64,000 bases of DNA from a virus: IMG/VR virus record IMGVR_UViG_3300030109_001381, positions 3,843-67,842 of that record; one strand, given 5' to 3'. The notes under the pieces were generated by a model that saw nothing but the letters and a program-made list of their open reading frames with translations, did not search any database and was not told the origin of the DNA. The translations under genes were made by a program, and so were the position numbers. Below, one piece after another: positions 40,263-50,172 of this stretch. The stretch's first letter is position 1. Each line of letters starts with the position of its first letter.

Positions 40263-40369
40263 TTTCTATCTCTCCTATTTTCTTCCATATTCCTGTGATA
40301 TCTTTCCCATGTCATTCCTTCATCAAATGTTACCCATGCCCATAATTTCTTCAGGAACTTTAGAACCAT
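40259..40369 (-). CDS. Microprotein (36 aa; not in the ORF track)
   Basis: MVLKFLKKLWAWVTFDEGMTWERYHRNMEENRRDRK; bridges polB-C and the nuclease with overlaps at both ends. Confidence 0.4.
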   Translation of the reverse strand: MVLKFLKKLWAWVTFDEGMTWERYHRNMEENRRDRK

Positions 40370-41259
40370 TCTGTCAATTCCCCCTGTCTTCTATCCTTGG
40401 ATACTTGTTTCATGTCCCATCCCATTGCAGTAAATATTGGTTCTGCTTTGTTAAGAACTGATAAGGCATAATGTAGATAGTCGGGATTAAACCCATCTAT
40501 CTCTTCTAACTTCCTAAATGAAATATAATTAGGAACAGTTGCTACTTGATTTATTGGATGATGGTATGTGCAATTACATCTAATTATCTTCAAAAACATA
40601 TAGGAATCATCAATTGGGTTATGAGGATTTAATGAATTATAGAATAACACTCCCTCTATCCCCGCACCTACTGAAGGTCTTTTATTTGCACTAGTCCAAA
40701 AAGACGGTGAGTTACAACAAGTATTGGCGGCCATAGTGAGATTGTGCAGGGATTTCTTATGTTGCCAACCGTTCTTTTTGCAATTGGAACAATACACCGT
40801 AAATCTCTCTTCACGATATCTAGTCCTCTTAGTTAAATCTCCAAGAGGAATCTCACCCGATAAGACTTCATTGTATTTCTCCCTAAGATAGTCTGCTATG
40901 TCACTTTCACTTTGCTCGTTAACCCACATTTTCAATACCGTGAGTTGAACATCCTTAGCCAACTTAGTTTCTGATATCCTCTTGGCGGTAAATCCGGTCA
41001 TTACGAACTTTTCTTCGTCAAGGTATTCTCCATCTATCCAAGATATCATACCAGCATTTCTATTCTTAACAGACCCAACACCTAGAGTCCGGTAAAACTT
41101 CTCAAACTCCAAAGTCACCGGATGGTTTTTCAGATTGAAAACATTAGGAAAATGTTCTCTCACTTTATCGTTCAAGGTGTCTACTATCTTCATAGCATGT
41201 TCGGGAGAATCAACCCCAACATACAAGGAATCTGTATGTCCATATTTTATATCAGTCAC
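40360..41259 (-). CDS. polB: Family B DNA polymerase, C-terminal subunit (motif C and thumb)
   Basis: Begins with motif C variant 'YGHTDS'; 'LEFEK', 'KNRNAG', 'GFTAKR'; C-terminal PIP-box-like 'QGELTEWF'. Confidence 0.85.
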   Translation of the reverse strand: MTDIKYGHTDSLYVGVDSPEHAMKIVDTLNDKVREHFPNVFNLKNHPVTLEFEKFYRTLGVGSVKNRNAGMISWIDGEYLDEEKFVMTGFTAKRISETKLAKDVQLTVLKMWVNEQSESDIADYLREKYNEVLSGEIPLGDLTKRTRYREERFTVYCSNCKKNGWQHKKSLHNLTMAANTCCNSPSFWTSANKRPSVGAGIEGVLFYNSLNPHNPIDDSYMFLKIIRCNCTYHHPINQVATVPNYISFRKLEEIDGFNPDYLHYALSVLNKAEPIFTAMGWDMKQVSKDRRQGELTEWF

Positions 41260-41357
41260 TCCTCTTCCTCCAATCTTCTTGCTCTTAGTTCAGCCTCTAC
41301 TATCATATCCAATCTATATTCTGCATCTAATTCTTCATCTCTAAAACTCTTAGTCAT
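41256..41357 (-). CDS. Acidic microprotein between the polB halves (33 aa; not in the ORF track)
   Basis: MTKSFRDEELDAEYRLDMIVEAELRARRLEEEE; ATGA and GTGA overlaps. Confidence 0.5.
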   Translation of the reverse strand: MTKSFRDEELDAEYRLDMIVEAELRARRLEEEE

Positions 41358-41587
41358 TCTTCTCTCTCCTTGTAATGGTCATGTTCTTTGGGCAATTTAT
41401 GTTGCCTTCTGTTCATCATGTTCTGAAGATACTGGCAGATGTTTTCTGCTCCCTTCTTGAATCGCTTCTCAGCAACCTTGTCTCCTTCCGGTATCATCTC
41501 AACCATTAGGCCATCTAACCATGCCTTTCTTCCTATCCAATCTAATATTTCATATTCTACATGTGTCACGCTTCTTGCTCTTCTCAT
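41354..41587 (-). CDS. Hypothetical protein between the polB halves
   Basis: 77 aa, ATGA-coupled. Confidence 0.55.
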   Translation of the reverse strand: MRRARSVTHVEYEILDWIGRKAWLDGLMVEMIPEGDKVAEKRFKKGAENICQYLQNMMNRRQHKLPKEHDHYKEREE

Positions 41588-41793
41588 TCTTCATCATCTC
41601 CATACAATGCCCAATCTCTTCTAATTCCCCACTTCTTCAAGTCCGCTCTAGTCCAAGGTCTTCTCATCTTGATTACATCATCAACCAATTGATAGATACA
41701 AGTTGGACATACTGGACCGGACGGTGTGCTTTGTAGGGTTATTACTCCCTTTCTATCATTACCACCTACTCTATTGCAGACTACACACTTCAT
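41584..41793 (-). CDS. Zinc-finger protein between the polB halves
   Basis: 69 aa; CVVC...CPTC. Confidence 0.55.
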   Translation of the reverse strand: MKCVVCNRVGGNDRKGVITLQSTPSGPVCPTCIYQLVDDVIKMRRPWTRADLKKWGIRRDWALYGDDEE

Positions 41794-43487
41794 AATTTTC
41801 TCACCTCTCTTGCGGCTATTCTAATTGCCTCTCTAGCACTAGCCGTAATACTTGCGGCAATATCTAAGTCAGACCAAGAAAAGCCTTGATATGCGGTGAT
41901 GCCATAAAAGGATGCCATCAATCGCTTAACTGCTAATTGGTTGTTATTCCAAATAACATAATTATCCGGGTCACTTCGCATTCGTGATTTATACTCTTCA
42001 CGAAGTTCTTGAAGTTCTAATACTGACTTAGGCAATAAGCCTAATTTATCAGTTCGATAATATCTCATATCTTTTTCATCAGACTCAGAAAAGTCCTTGG
42101 GTTCCAGAAGATTACACCCAAGTTCAGTTGGGGTATCTGATTTTGTTTCCCAAGATATGTTTCTTGAGATTATCATAGATGGGTATAGCGATTTGAAATC
42201 CAATGCCGCTACGTTCCTATGTAGGCCATTAGTCGATTCGCTAAGAGGGTCATAGACCATTGCCCCATCATACCGTCCCTTCTCCTTCTTGACAGTCGTT
42301 GGAGCCTTCCAAGGGGCATTTCTCATGAAGTATATTCCTCCCATGTTACTAGCGTAGTAGCAAGCATCATGTGGTGCAACAAGCAAACGTTGCAATGCTA
42401 AGATAGCCTCCGTTAGATGGTTCTTCTCATCTATCCTAACGAGAAGTTCTACGTCAATCCTAGCGTACTCTAGATATGTAGCAGAATCCTCTAACCAAGC
42501 CCTAGCAAAGAACTCATTCTTATCGGGGAACTTCTCACTAACTAGTTTCTTCTCTCCCAATACAGACTCAGCAACATAGTCTAATGCCAATGAAGGCAAA
42601 GTCCCTTGTTGTGAATCATTCCATTGTCTCTCAAAAGCCAACTCCAAAGGAACGGTAATCATTCCCTTAACTGGTTGATAAGTAGGTGACCAATTATCCA
42701 CTTGCTTGTTGTAGACCTTGACCTTCTCCTTATGCCATGATACCCCCGACACCTCATCGAAAGGAGAAATCAGTCTAGGGTCTAGATTATACTTAGCCAT
42801 ACGATGAATTAACTTAGGTAGGTCGAACTTCCAACCGAACCAAGAGATAAGCATGTCGGGTTCCTTATTCATCAGATACGATAGGAATCCAGCAAGCATA
42901 GTTTTCTCACTTGAATAGACATTAATATCGTAATCACACAAAGAAGGTTTTACAATTTCATCATACTTATCTTTTGGATACCAAGCAAACATCTTGTAGG
43001 TCTTATCGAATGAATCGTATGCTACTATTGTAGTTATCATCTCCTTGAAACTACCTGTTGTCATCCACTCCATATCCCAATAGCATTTCCTCATTTCATA
43101 TATTGGCAATTGATTAAGACAATCTACTGCATATCTATGATGGTGTGGAACTCTACCTTCATAACTTTCAATGTTCAATAACTCCAAGTATTGTTTAATG
43201 TCCATAGAATACCTTGGATGATTAGGTGTCCATATTAACTTGGACAAATCTTCTCCTTCCAGATTCTTGAAGTCACCTGTCTCAAACTTCATCTCAATCT
43301 TGAATGAACCACCTTTATCCCTACTTGTGATAGTAGTTTTATTGGTGCTTTCTAATGCAAGTTTATCTTTGGTTCTGATAAACATGTATGGTCTAAACTC
43401 ACGATAACCTATGATTTGAGAAATAGACTTACCATCATCATCTCTATACCTCAATCCTACTCCATCTTTCACTTTACTAATTATCAT
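41790..43487 (-). CDS. polB: Family B DNA polymerase, N-terminal subunit (3'-5' exonuclease, motifs A and B)
   Basis: ExoI 'WDMEW', ExoII 'WFGWKFDL', ExoIII 'YARID', motif A 'LDFKSLYPS', motif B 'KRLMASFYG'; stops before motif C. Confidence 0.9.
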   Translation of the reverse strand: MIISKVKDGVGLRYRDDDGKSISQIIGYREFRPYMFIRTKDKLALESTNKTTITSRDKGGSFKIEMKFETGDFKNLEGEDLSKLIWTPNHPRYSMDIKQYLELLNIESYEGRVPHHHRYAVDCLNQLPIYEMRKCYWDMEWMTTGSFKEMITTIVAYDSFDKTYKMFAWYPKDKYDEIVKPSLCDYDINVYSSEKTMLAGFLSYLMNKEPDMLISWFGWKFDLPKLIHRMAKYNLDPRLISPFDEVSGVSWHKEKVKVYNKQVDNWSPTYQPVKGMITVPLELAFERQWNDSQQGTLPSLALDYVAESVLGEKKLVSEKFPDKNEFFARAWLEDSATYLEYARIDVELLVRIDEKNHLTEAILALQRLLVAPHDACYYASNMGGIYFMRNAPWKAPTTVKKEKGRYDGAMVYDPLSESTNGLHRNVAALDFKSLYPSMIISRNISWETKSDTPTELGCNLLEPKDFSESDEKDMRYYRTDKLGLLPKSVLELQELREEYKSRMRSDPDNYVIWNNNQLAVKRLMASFYGITAYQGFSWSDLDIAASITASAREAIRIAAREVRKL

Positions 43488-43491
43488 TATA

Positions 43492-44265
43492 TCACCTATT
43501 CAAGTACGGGGCTTTCAACAGTAGTCTAGTCGGAGTCTTCCAAAACAATGGGAAGTCATCTCTAAGGTAGAGTTCTACAGGCCCATTAAGAAACTGAGCA
43601 AACTGTCCGGTAAACTCTACCGTACTAGACTCACCCTCTATAGCAATAGTTTCGATATCAGTATGATACTTGTCTGCTATACCCCTATCACTACTCATAG
43701 CAAATACCTGTTCATTCACATCGAACTTGTATCTTGCTAAGTTCAATGCATCACAACCCTTAGTAGCCTTTAGCAAATCGTCAGCCAAAGCAATTACCTT
43801 AGTCTCAAACGCAGTCTTATTGAATACTGGTAGTTCTTCGTTCGCAAACCTATCTGCATTATCAGATAGGAAATTCCTAAAATGGTCAATCATTGCCATA
43901 CCGGGATGATTCAACACCTTTGGAAGATTGGCCTTTGTATTGCCATCTTCTTCAGATATAGCAATGTAGTCACCTACGTTTATGGTAACTTCACCGCTAA
44001 ATCCCTGTAGGTATTTTACTGTTCTATCTATCTCCAATACCACATGACCATCAAACACTTCTTCGACTCTATGCTTGATGGCACATACAGTCACTTGGTC
44101 TGCATTGAATACTAGCAGGTTATCTCCATTGAATGTAACATATGCATAATTCGATAGCATACCATTCTTCGCAGAATCACCATTGTAGTATTTACCCTTC
44201 AGGGCAACTGCTTCCAACATTTCACTAAACTTTTTCTTCTCTATTTTTATTTCCATTTCTTTCAC
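43492..44265 (-). CDS. Divergent PCNA-like sliding clamp
   Basis: 257 aa (PCNA size), acidic, two-domain alpha/beta pattern, C-terminal 'PVELYLRDDFPL...LLKAP'; adjacent to polB, with RFC nearby. Confidence 0.65.
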   Translation of the reverse strand: MKEMEIKIEKKKFSEMLEAVALKGKYYNGDSAKNGMLSNYAYVTFNGDNLLVFNADQVTVCAIKHRVEEVFDGHVVLEIDRTVKYLQGFSGEVTINVGDYIAISEEDGNTKANLPKVLNHPGMAMIDHFRNFLSDNADRFANEELPVFNKTAFETKVIALADDLLKATKGCDALNLARYKFDVNEQVFAMSSDRGIADKYHTDIETIAIEGESSTVEFTGQFAQFLNGPVELYLRDDFPLFWKTPTRLLLKAPYLNR

Positions 44266-44659
44266 CTATTTTGATAAATCCGTAATAGCCTTCCGGCTTT
44301 ACGGGTAGCCCCATATACAGGGCATAATGTTCTTCCGAACAAAAACTCCGTGGCCCTACGGCCAAATCCTCTACTACGAAGACGGAAGGTTTGTCATCAC
44401 AAGCCGCACATATTTCATGTGCAAACTCATTATGCTCTTTTACTTCCTTCCGTCTTCGCTTTATGTAATCCTTAAACTGCTCATCAGTTGATATCGTTCC
44501 GTCCTCAATTCCTTGTTCAAACTCAGCAATGAAATCAGGTTCTTCAAACTCCCCCTTCTTTCCTTTCTTTGCTTGTTCTTGTAACCACATCTTCTTAGCA
44601 TATCTTCTGTCTTGTGGATTGGTATATTGACTAAGATACCTTTCCATCTCCTCGCTCAT
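44225..44659 (-). CDS. Hypothetical protein with a C-terminal zinc finger
   Basis: CAAC...FCSEEH. Confidence 0.55.
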   Translation of the reverse strand: MSEEMERYLSQYTNPQDRRYAKKMWLQEQAKKGKKGEFEEPDFIAEFEQGIEDGTISTDEQFKDYIKRRRKEVKEHNEFAHEICAACDDKPSVFVVEDLAVGPRSFCSEEHYALYMGLPVKPEGYYGFIKIGERNGNKNREEKV

Positions 44660-44931
44660 AACCAGCCCTTTCCATCCACTATTATCTCTGCACCTTGATT
44701 GTCACTCCACTTCTTTATCTTCCAAAAGCCTGTGAGGTTATTCAAAAGGTGGTGAGAGGATGACAACACCAATCTGTCTTCTTCACAAATCCATGTTGCC
44801 AAACTCCCTCCGTCCCTAACAAAGGACATTCTCTCCCCACACCTTGGACACTTTGGTGTAGAGTTAGTTCCCTTGAAGGGTCTTTTGATGTAGGGAATTG
44901 AGAGGTTACTATTTGGCCCCTCAGATACCAC
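44656..44931 (-). CDS. Zinc-ribbon protein
   Basis: 'PKCPRCGERM...WICEED'. Confidence 0.45.
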   Translation of the reverse strand: MVSEGPNSNLSIPYIKRPFKGTNSTPKCPRCGERMSFVRDGGSLATWICEEDRLVLSSSHHLLNNLTGFWKIKKWSDNQGAEIIVDGKGWL

Positions 44932-45827
44932 TACTCAAACACCCCCGCCTTAAAATCGGGGATGCCTTTCCATTCATTGGGCGCGTCTTTGTTATCAAAG
45001 AACACATCCCAAGTCTTGCCTACTGATGAAGGATTAGTCTTACAGGCATCTAGTGTAGCCACATAGACAGTATCCTTACCACGCCTAGTCTTGGCTAGAC
45101 GAACCATTTGCAACATCTTGTGCGGGGTCGTCTTATACCAATCGGGTACAGTCCCAACAGGAACAGGAACACCTACTCCGTCATAGACTGCTTTTTCGTG
45201 AGTGATAATATATCTATCACAATCCATCAGTAGTATTGGGTTCAGAACCATATCGTAGATATCATTTCGTATCTTCCAATCTAGAGCCTTAACCTTTAGT
45301 TTGGAAGTATCTTGTGATATCTTCACTAGGTCTTGGTTCATGTTTACAAGAGACTCTCGCAAAACGGTACTAGACCCTTCCAGCAGTTTATCTACACCAT
45401 CTAATGCTACGGCTTTTACATTCCCCGTAGCAACGGCATCCGACATAATACTGATAGCGGCTAGACAATTCTCAAATGTCTCTTCCCAATCTTGGGTTCC
45501 ATTTTCCTTCATTACGTTAGGAACGTGGATATGGACATTCTCATCGTTTGCCCAATTTGCTTTCACAGTAGGAGAGCAACCATCATCTAAATCGAGTATG
45601 TGGACTTCCATCCCCTTCTCAATCTCTTCTTCGGTTCTGCAATCTATGACACTACCTGATTTAGTCGTCTTAGGTTCACCATAGATTCCGACAAGAAGAT
45701 ATGACCTATCCCTTTCTCTTCGTTCCTTTCCTTTAGAGAGCATTAGTTTCTTCCGCTCTTCAAAGGACATCCTTTCTTTCTTTTCCTTATTCGTATTCCA
45801 ACTCATCTTTTTCACTTCCATTTTCAT
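44931..45827 (-). CDS. AAA_24/RecA-fold ATPase (Sak4/RadA-like recombination protein)
   Basis: Walker A 'YGEPKTTKS', 'ILDLDDG', Walker B 'VALDGV', 'IITHEK'; near the SSB gene. Confidence 0.7.
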   Translation of the reverse strand: MKMEVKKMSWNTNKEKKERMSFEERKKLMLSKGKERRERDRSYLLVGIYGEPKTTKSGSVIDCRTEEEIEKGMEVHILDLDDGCSPTVKANWANDENVHIHVPNVMKENGTQDWEETFENCLAAISIMSDAVATGNVKAVALDGVDKLLEGSSTVLRESLVNMNQDLVKISQDTSKLKVKALDWKIRNDIYDMVLNPILLMDCDRYIITHEKAVYDGVGVPVPVGTVPDWYKTTPHKMLQMVRLAKTRRGKDTVYVATLDACKTNPSSVGKTWDVFFDNKDAPNEWKGIPDFKAGVFE

Positions 45828-46059
45828 AATATTTTACTTCGGAGTTTCCCCATGTTGTCAAGATGTCATTCAAACCTTCGTGATTAACCTTGAGTCTAAT
45901 TTCCTTACCGGACATGGTATGGAGTTTGACCCAATATTCACCAGTCTCAAAGTTCTTTTTCCATGTAACAAAATCCACATTGGAAAAAGCGATAGCATAA
46001 CTGCCACCGTGAATGACACCCCGACTTACCCTAAAGGAATTATAATATCCTTTAGACAC
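45787..46059 (-). CDS. Hypothetical protein
   Basis: 90 aa, beta-rich; RBS AGGTGA upstream. Confidence 0.55.
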   Translation of the reverse strand: MSKGYYNSFRVSRGVIHGGSYAIAFSNVDFVTWKKNFETGEYWVKLHTMSGKEIRLKVNHEGLNDILTTWGNSEVKYYENGSEKDELEYE

Positions 46060-46070
46060 TTAAATCACCT

Positions 46071-47330
46071 TCAATCGAAGAACCACTCAGATTCTTCATC
46101 GGTCTGTTCAATATCGTCAGGTGAACCGCCTCTTGCCTTTTGGACAAGAAGACCGCTTACGTTAATTGTCACAGGTCGTAGGTTACCATCGTCATCTGTT
46201 CCTTGTGACGTTCTTCCAACTACTACAACACTAGAGCCAATACCAAACTCGATGTTAACTCTCTCAGGTATCCAACAAGCAACACCAGTCCAGTCACTTC
46301 CACCATCATAGGAGAAGTCTGTCTCTAGGTCATCTAATACTAGAATCCTGTTTCCGTTCTTTGTCTTGGTCATGTTTAGCGTAGTGACAACACCATCGGT
46401 GAACACGAACTTGTCGTTATATCCTCGTCCCTCGACTTCGGTGTGGTATCTATCCAACTCAATTAGTGGACACATGTTGGCTTCTGAATACTCAGCCAAT
46501 GCATCTAGCATGTTGATGTCAGATGTGTCTGTCTTTAGCACATGGTCATCATCTAGGTCAGCATTAAGTGCCAAGGACTCAACAGTTCGCATCTTTGCAC
46601 CGTGTATCCTTGACCCATCATTACTATTCAGAATACAAGTAAAGTGCAAGAACTCAAAGGTATTCGGTTCAAACGCCTTTGCACCTAGTCCCTTGTAGTC
46701 AAAGAAGTATTTGCCCATGCTTCCATCTACGGAACCAATAAACACTCCACTCCTTCTCCACTCAGATTTAGGTAGAGGCTTACCATACCGAGCCTTGTTC
46801 CAGTCAGCATCATTAGTGTCTATTGGCACTAGATACTGTCCGTCATCTAACTCAACGTGGTTCTCAGGTATCTTATCAAATACCTTGAGGACTTCCTCTC
46901 CGTCCTTCATCATCCTTGCTTCATACTTGTCATCTTCTATTGAAGAGAACAGGGCTACCTTACCATAGGAGAAGGTGGTATCGCTATCACGCTGATACTC
47001 CGCTACTATCCTATCACGTTGTAGGGCCATCATGTCTCTTGCCTCTTCTAGAGAGCAGAAGAATCCCGTTGCTTGTTTAAAGAACGAGCCTCCACCGCCA
47101 CCAGTATCCCCACTTTCCGTAGTGGGGTTGTTTCTCTTCCTGACGTTCATACTGTTGGAGAAGTAAGTTCTCCACAGTCCTCTTGCCAATAAGAAATCGT
47201 CATCACTAGATGGGTCTAGCCCATTCTTCTGACATATTTCTTCGTACTTGGCAAGAGCGTCTTCTTCAGACATTCCAAGTTTTTCTGCCGCTTTCGCAAT
47301 CTCATCATTCATTTCTTTCTTCATTTTCAT
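46071..47330 (-). CDS. RPA-like OB-fold single-stranded DNA-binding protein
   Basis: C-terminal OB fold 'DGVVTTL...RILVLDD...GVACW...GSSVVVVGR...INVSG' and acidic tail 'EESEWFFD'. Start moved to the ATG at 47330. Confidence 0.65.
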   Translation of the reverse strand: MKMKKEMNDEIAKAAEKLGMSEEDALAKYEEICQKNGLDPSSDDDFLLARGLWRTYFSNSMNVRKRNNPTTESGDTGGGGGSFFKQATGFFCSLEEARDMMALQRDRIVAEYQRDSDTTFSYGKVALFSSIEDDKYEARMMKDGEEVLKVFDKIPENHVELDDGQYLVPIDTNDADWNKARYGKPLPKSEWRRSGVFIGSVDGSMGKYFFDYKGLGAKAFEPNTFEFLHFTCILNSNDGSRIHGAKMRTVESLALNADLDDDHVLKTDTSDINMLDALAEYSEANMCPLIELDRYHTEVEGRGYNDKFVFTDGVVTTLNMTKTKNGNRILVLDDLETDFSYDGGSDWTGVACWIPERVNIEFGIGSSVVVVGRTSQGTDDDGNLRPVTINVSGLLVQKARGGSPDDIEQTDEESEWFFD

Positions 47331-47580
47331 TCCTTCCTTTTTTCTTTGTTTGTAAGATTTCCAATATGGCTTCAGCACTTATGACCACTCCGGCCAATAT
47401 CCAAAACCAATCGGAATCTAATGTCAATACCCCTGCTAACTTGAGCAAGGGAAGTATAGTTAGGAGCAACCCCCCAACTAAAATTATTTCATATCTAAGC
47501 AATAGATGCTTGATATCTTCCTTGTCTACTATTCCATCATCATTAAAATCTAATATCTTCCTTACCATTATCATCACCAT
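47305..47580 (-). CDS. Membrane protein with an EF-hand/dockerin-like loop
   Basis: 'DFNDDGIVDKED' followed by two TM helices. Confidence 0.6.
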   Translation of the reverse strand: MVMIMVRKILDFNDDGIVDKEDIKHLLLRYEIILVGGLLLTILPLLKLAGVLTLDSDWFWILAGVVISAEAILEILQTKKKGRNENEERNE

Positions 47581-47666
47581 TCATCAATTCCATCTCCTAT
47601 TATTATCAAAAAATATTTTGTAAAGTCCTCTCATTAATACAAATGCCAAAAATACCTCTACTCCAC

Positions 47667-48575
47667 TCATACCATTTGCCCTACCATCCAAGAAGCCAAT
47701 ACCTTTGGAGTCATATTATTGCTCCTCCACTCGGCTTCTCCGACAATACGAAGCAGTTTGAATTTATTGTTGCTTTCCATTTCACTTCTTAGGATAACAT
47801 CATGCAAATTTCGACATACCGTCCTCATGTCTGTAGATTTGTGAATCAAATTATGAACCCCTTCTAGTGCATTAGTATGTTTATTTTCGGCAATCAATTG
47901 TAATATTTGGGTGTAAGGCTCAAGGTTGTTGTCTATCAGATTAACTAGACTTCTCCCACTAGAAACCGATGCCTGTATTTCGGTTATGCCTCTACGCAAA
48001 TCACCTCGGAGGTAACTTATGAACATATCTAATTCCTCTTCGGGAACCACTCGTTGCTCATTTTCAAGGATAGTTGACAGTACCGTTTTCATAATATCAT
48101 CACTAATCTTCTCAAAGAAATAGAGCGCACACCTAGATTGCAATGGAGCGATAATCTTCCATACATCATTAGCAGTAATGATGAATCTGCAATTATCTGC
48201 ATATCTCTCCATGATTCTCTTGAGGGCATTCTGCGCATCTTTAGTCATGCCGTCCATCTCATCAAGAAGTATAATCTTGAAAGGAACGTTACCTATCTTG
48301 CTCGTTGAAGCAATCTCCTTGATTCGGGTTCTGACTGTCTCCAACTTCCTGTCGTCCGATGCATTGATTTCAAAGAAGTTATTCTCAACCTCATCACCAA
48401 GTATATCATTTGCAAGAGCCATAGCACTAGCAGTCTTACCTACACCTGCTACACCACCTAACATGACGTTAGGCATATTACCACTCTTTACCCATGACAA
48501 AGCATCAATGGTAAACTTCGGTTGACCAACAACATCATTGATACTCTTGGGTCTATATTTTTCTGTCCACAACAT
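47667..48575 (-). CDS. rfcS: Replication factor C small subunit (clamp loader)
   Basis: 'WTEKYRP', 'GVAGVGKT', 'EINASDDR', 'IILLDEMD', 'AQNALKRIME', 'LQSRC', 'GDLR'. Confidence 0.95.
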   Translation of the reverse strand: MLWTEKYRPKSINDVVGQPKFTIDALSWVKSGNMPNVMLGGVAGVGKTASAMALANDILGDEVENNFFEINASDDRKLETVRTRIKEIASTSKIGNVPFKIILLDEMDGMTKDAQNALKRIMERYADNCRFIITANDVWKIIAPLQSRCALYFFEKISDDIMKTVLSTILENEQRVVPEEELDMFISYLRGDLRRGITEIQASVSSGRSLVNLIDNNLEPYTQILQLIAENKHTNALEGVHNLIHKSTDMRTVCRNLHDVILRSEMESNNKFKLLRIVGEAEWRSNNMTPKVLASWMVGQMV

Positions 48576-48757
48576 TATTCCTCATCTCCTATTACTCTTT
48601 CAATGTAAACACAAGCATCCATCAGTTCTTCCTGTAGATGTTTCATCCATTGAATAAAGGACAAATCCTTTCTTTCCATAGTAGTCCCATATTTGTTTAG
48701 ACCTACTTGCGCTCTTTCTTGTATCTTCTCACATACCTTATCTTCTATCTTACTCAT
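48575..48757 (-). CDS. Conserved small viral protein (all-alpha NTP pyrophosphohydrolase-like)
   Basis: 'GLNKYGTT...HLQEELMDACVY' with an EExxD motif. Confidence 0.5.
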   Translation of the reverse strand: MSKIEDKVCEKIQERAQVGLNKYGTTMERKDLSFIQWMKHLQEELMDACVYIERVIGDEE

Positions 48758-48759
48758 TC

Positions 48760-49035
48760 TTATTCCTCCTCATCCTCAAAATATGACCATTCTCCTGTTC
48801 TGCCTGATGTAGGCCAGTATCTAAAATTAGGATGCATCCTAAGCAGACTGGTCAATTGAATCTGCGATACTGTTGTTTGTTTGTGTATTCTCCCATTGGT
48901 TCCGATGTAGTTATTCATATAATCTGCAAGTTGTGCTAACATGAATCTTTCACCTTCCGTTTCTTTACCGAACTTTACCATTGCTTTGTAGCGATGGTAA
49001 TTCTTGTTCCTTATGCTTTTAGCCATTAGAACCAC
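48760..49035 (-). CDS. Hypothetical protein, possibly winged-helix
   Basis: 91 aa, basic, within the operon. Confidence 0.5.
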   Translation of the reverse strand: MVLMAKSIRNKNYHRYKAMVKFGKETEGERFMLAQLADYMNNYIGTNGRIHKQTTVSQIQLTSLLRMHPNFRYWPTSGRTGEWSYFEDEEE

Positions 49036-49868
49036 CTGCCTAGAGATGGTTGTGCCACAATGGGTGTAGTCTTCTTTCTTCTCTTCTTTTCACCTATTTG
49101 CAAGAAGCGACATTCAGCATTGTTTAGTTTCTTCTTCACATCTTCTTTGAAAGTGTCGTCCTTCAATAGGTCTTGTAAGAGATGGCAACTATCTTCCTGA
49201 AGACCTATCTTCCGACAGATTCTTTTTATCTGACTATAGTTGCCTCGTCTTGGCATTTGCATTCTATTGGCTAGTCTGCCATTATGAACATAAGCCAGTA
49301 GGTCATAGAAGTAATCACTTGACCATCTGCGCTTTACATTAGCATCAATAAACGCTAACTTGTTTGGGTGCATATTCATTACCAACCAAGAAAGTAGTTG
49401 AGTGTCCGGTGGTTTGTTCATTCTCAACATTAGTCTAACGTCATCTCTTTTTGTGTTCTTGAGATATTGTCGAACCAACGAGAACGTATCCTGTTCATAT
49501 TGAACTGGTTCATCCGCGTTAGGACTTGCTACCTCTACTCTCAACGGGGTTGTTGCTCTCTTCAAATCGCACAGATTGAATATTGCCTTTGGCACATCCT
49601 TCTGATTATCTGATGTAATCACAACTTGACCTCGATACTCAAGTAAGGTTCTCTTGATAGCATCCGTCTTAGGTTTGTAGTGACCTTCTAAAATCACAAT
49701 TCCCCTTTCTTGTGGGATGCTATAGTTATCCTCAATGTCATACTCATTAGCGTACATCATTATCGGGTCTGCCGATACAAATGACAACGCTCTAGTCGTC
49801 TTATCCATGTGTGGTTTTCCCACTACTACTATTCCTCTATTCTTCTTCATTGCCTTTGAAAGACTCAT
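49026..49868 (-). CDS. Degenerate AAA+ protein, possible RFC large-subunit homologue
   Basis: Eroded Walker A 'VVGKPHMDKTT', 'VVITSD', C-terminal PIP-like 'QPSLGRWF'; close to rfcS. Confidence 0.5.
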   Translation of the reverse strand: MSLSKAMKKNRGIVVVGKPHMDKTTRALSFVSADPIMMYANEYDIEDNYSIPQERGIVILEGHYKPKTDAIKRTLLEYRGQVVITSDNQKDVPKAIFNLCDLKRATTPLRVEVASPNADEPVQYEQDTFSLVRQYLKNTKRDDVRLMLRMNKPPDTQLLSWLVMNMHPNKLAFIDANVKRRWSSDYFYDLLAYVHNGRLANRMQMPRRGNYSQIKRICRKIGLQEDSCHLLQDLLKDDTFKEDVKKKLNNAECRFLQIGEKKRRKKTTPIVAQPSLGRWF

Positions 49869-50172
49869 CTATTTTCACTTCCAATATTTCTTCATATTTA
49901 TCATCACAAGCCCCACATTGGACTCGCAACACGAACCACTTCAGTCCGTTTTCCTCTACTACCCCGGCCTCATAACCGAAGTTCTTATCCCCACATTCTT
50001 TACATCCATCCACTAATACTCTAGTGATATGGAATTCCATTATTTCCTCATCTGTCAAAACCTGCTCTTTACTTTTCTTCAATATGCTAACTTCGACATT
50101 ACACACTTGACACAGAGAAGCACCTTGTAGGGTTACAGGTACATCCCGTCTATTACATCTCGGACATAACAT
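49837..50172 (-). CDS. Double zinc-ribbon protein
   Basis: Four CxxC pairs. Confidence 0.6.
   Translation of the reverse strand: MLCPRCNRRDVPVTLQGASLCQVCNVEVSILKKSKEQVLTDEEIMEFHITRVLVDGCKECGDKNFGYEAGVVEENGLKWFVLRVQCGACDDKYEEILEVKIDESFKGNEEE

Noticed and set aside
41256-41793. Intron or split intein between the polB halves
   Set aside because: No intein N-terminal Cys/Ser block or His-Asn end. The gap is filled by three coupled ORFs, and polB-C has its own RBS (GAGGAAGAGGA) and GTG start.
39384-43487. Cas4-like nuclease next to PolB as a CRISPR-Cas locus or casposon
   Set aside because: No cas1, CRISPR array or terminal inverted repeats. The PolB is a clamp-associated type, and solo Cas4-like nucleases are common in archaeal viruses.
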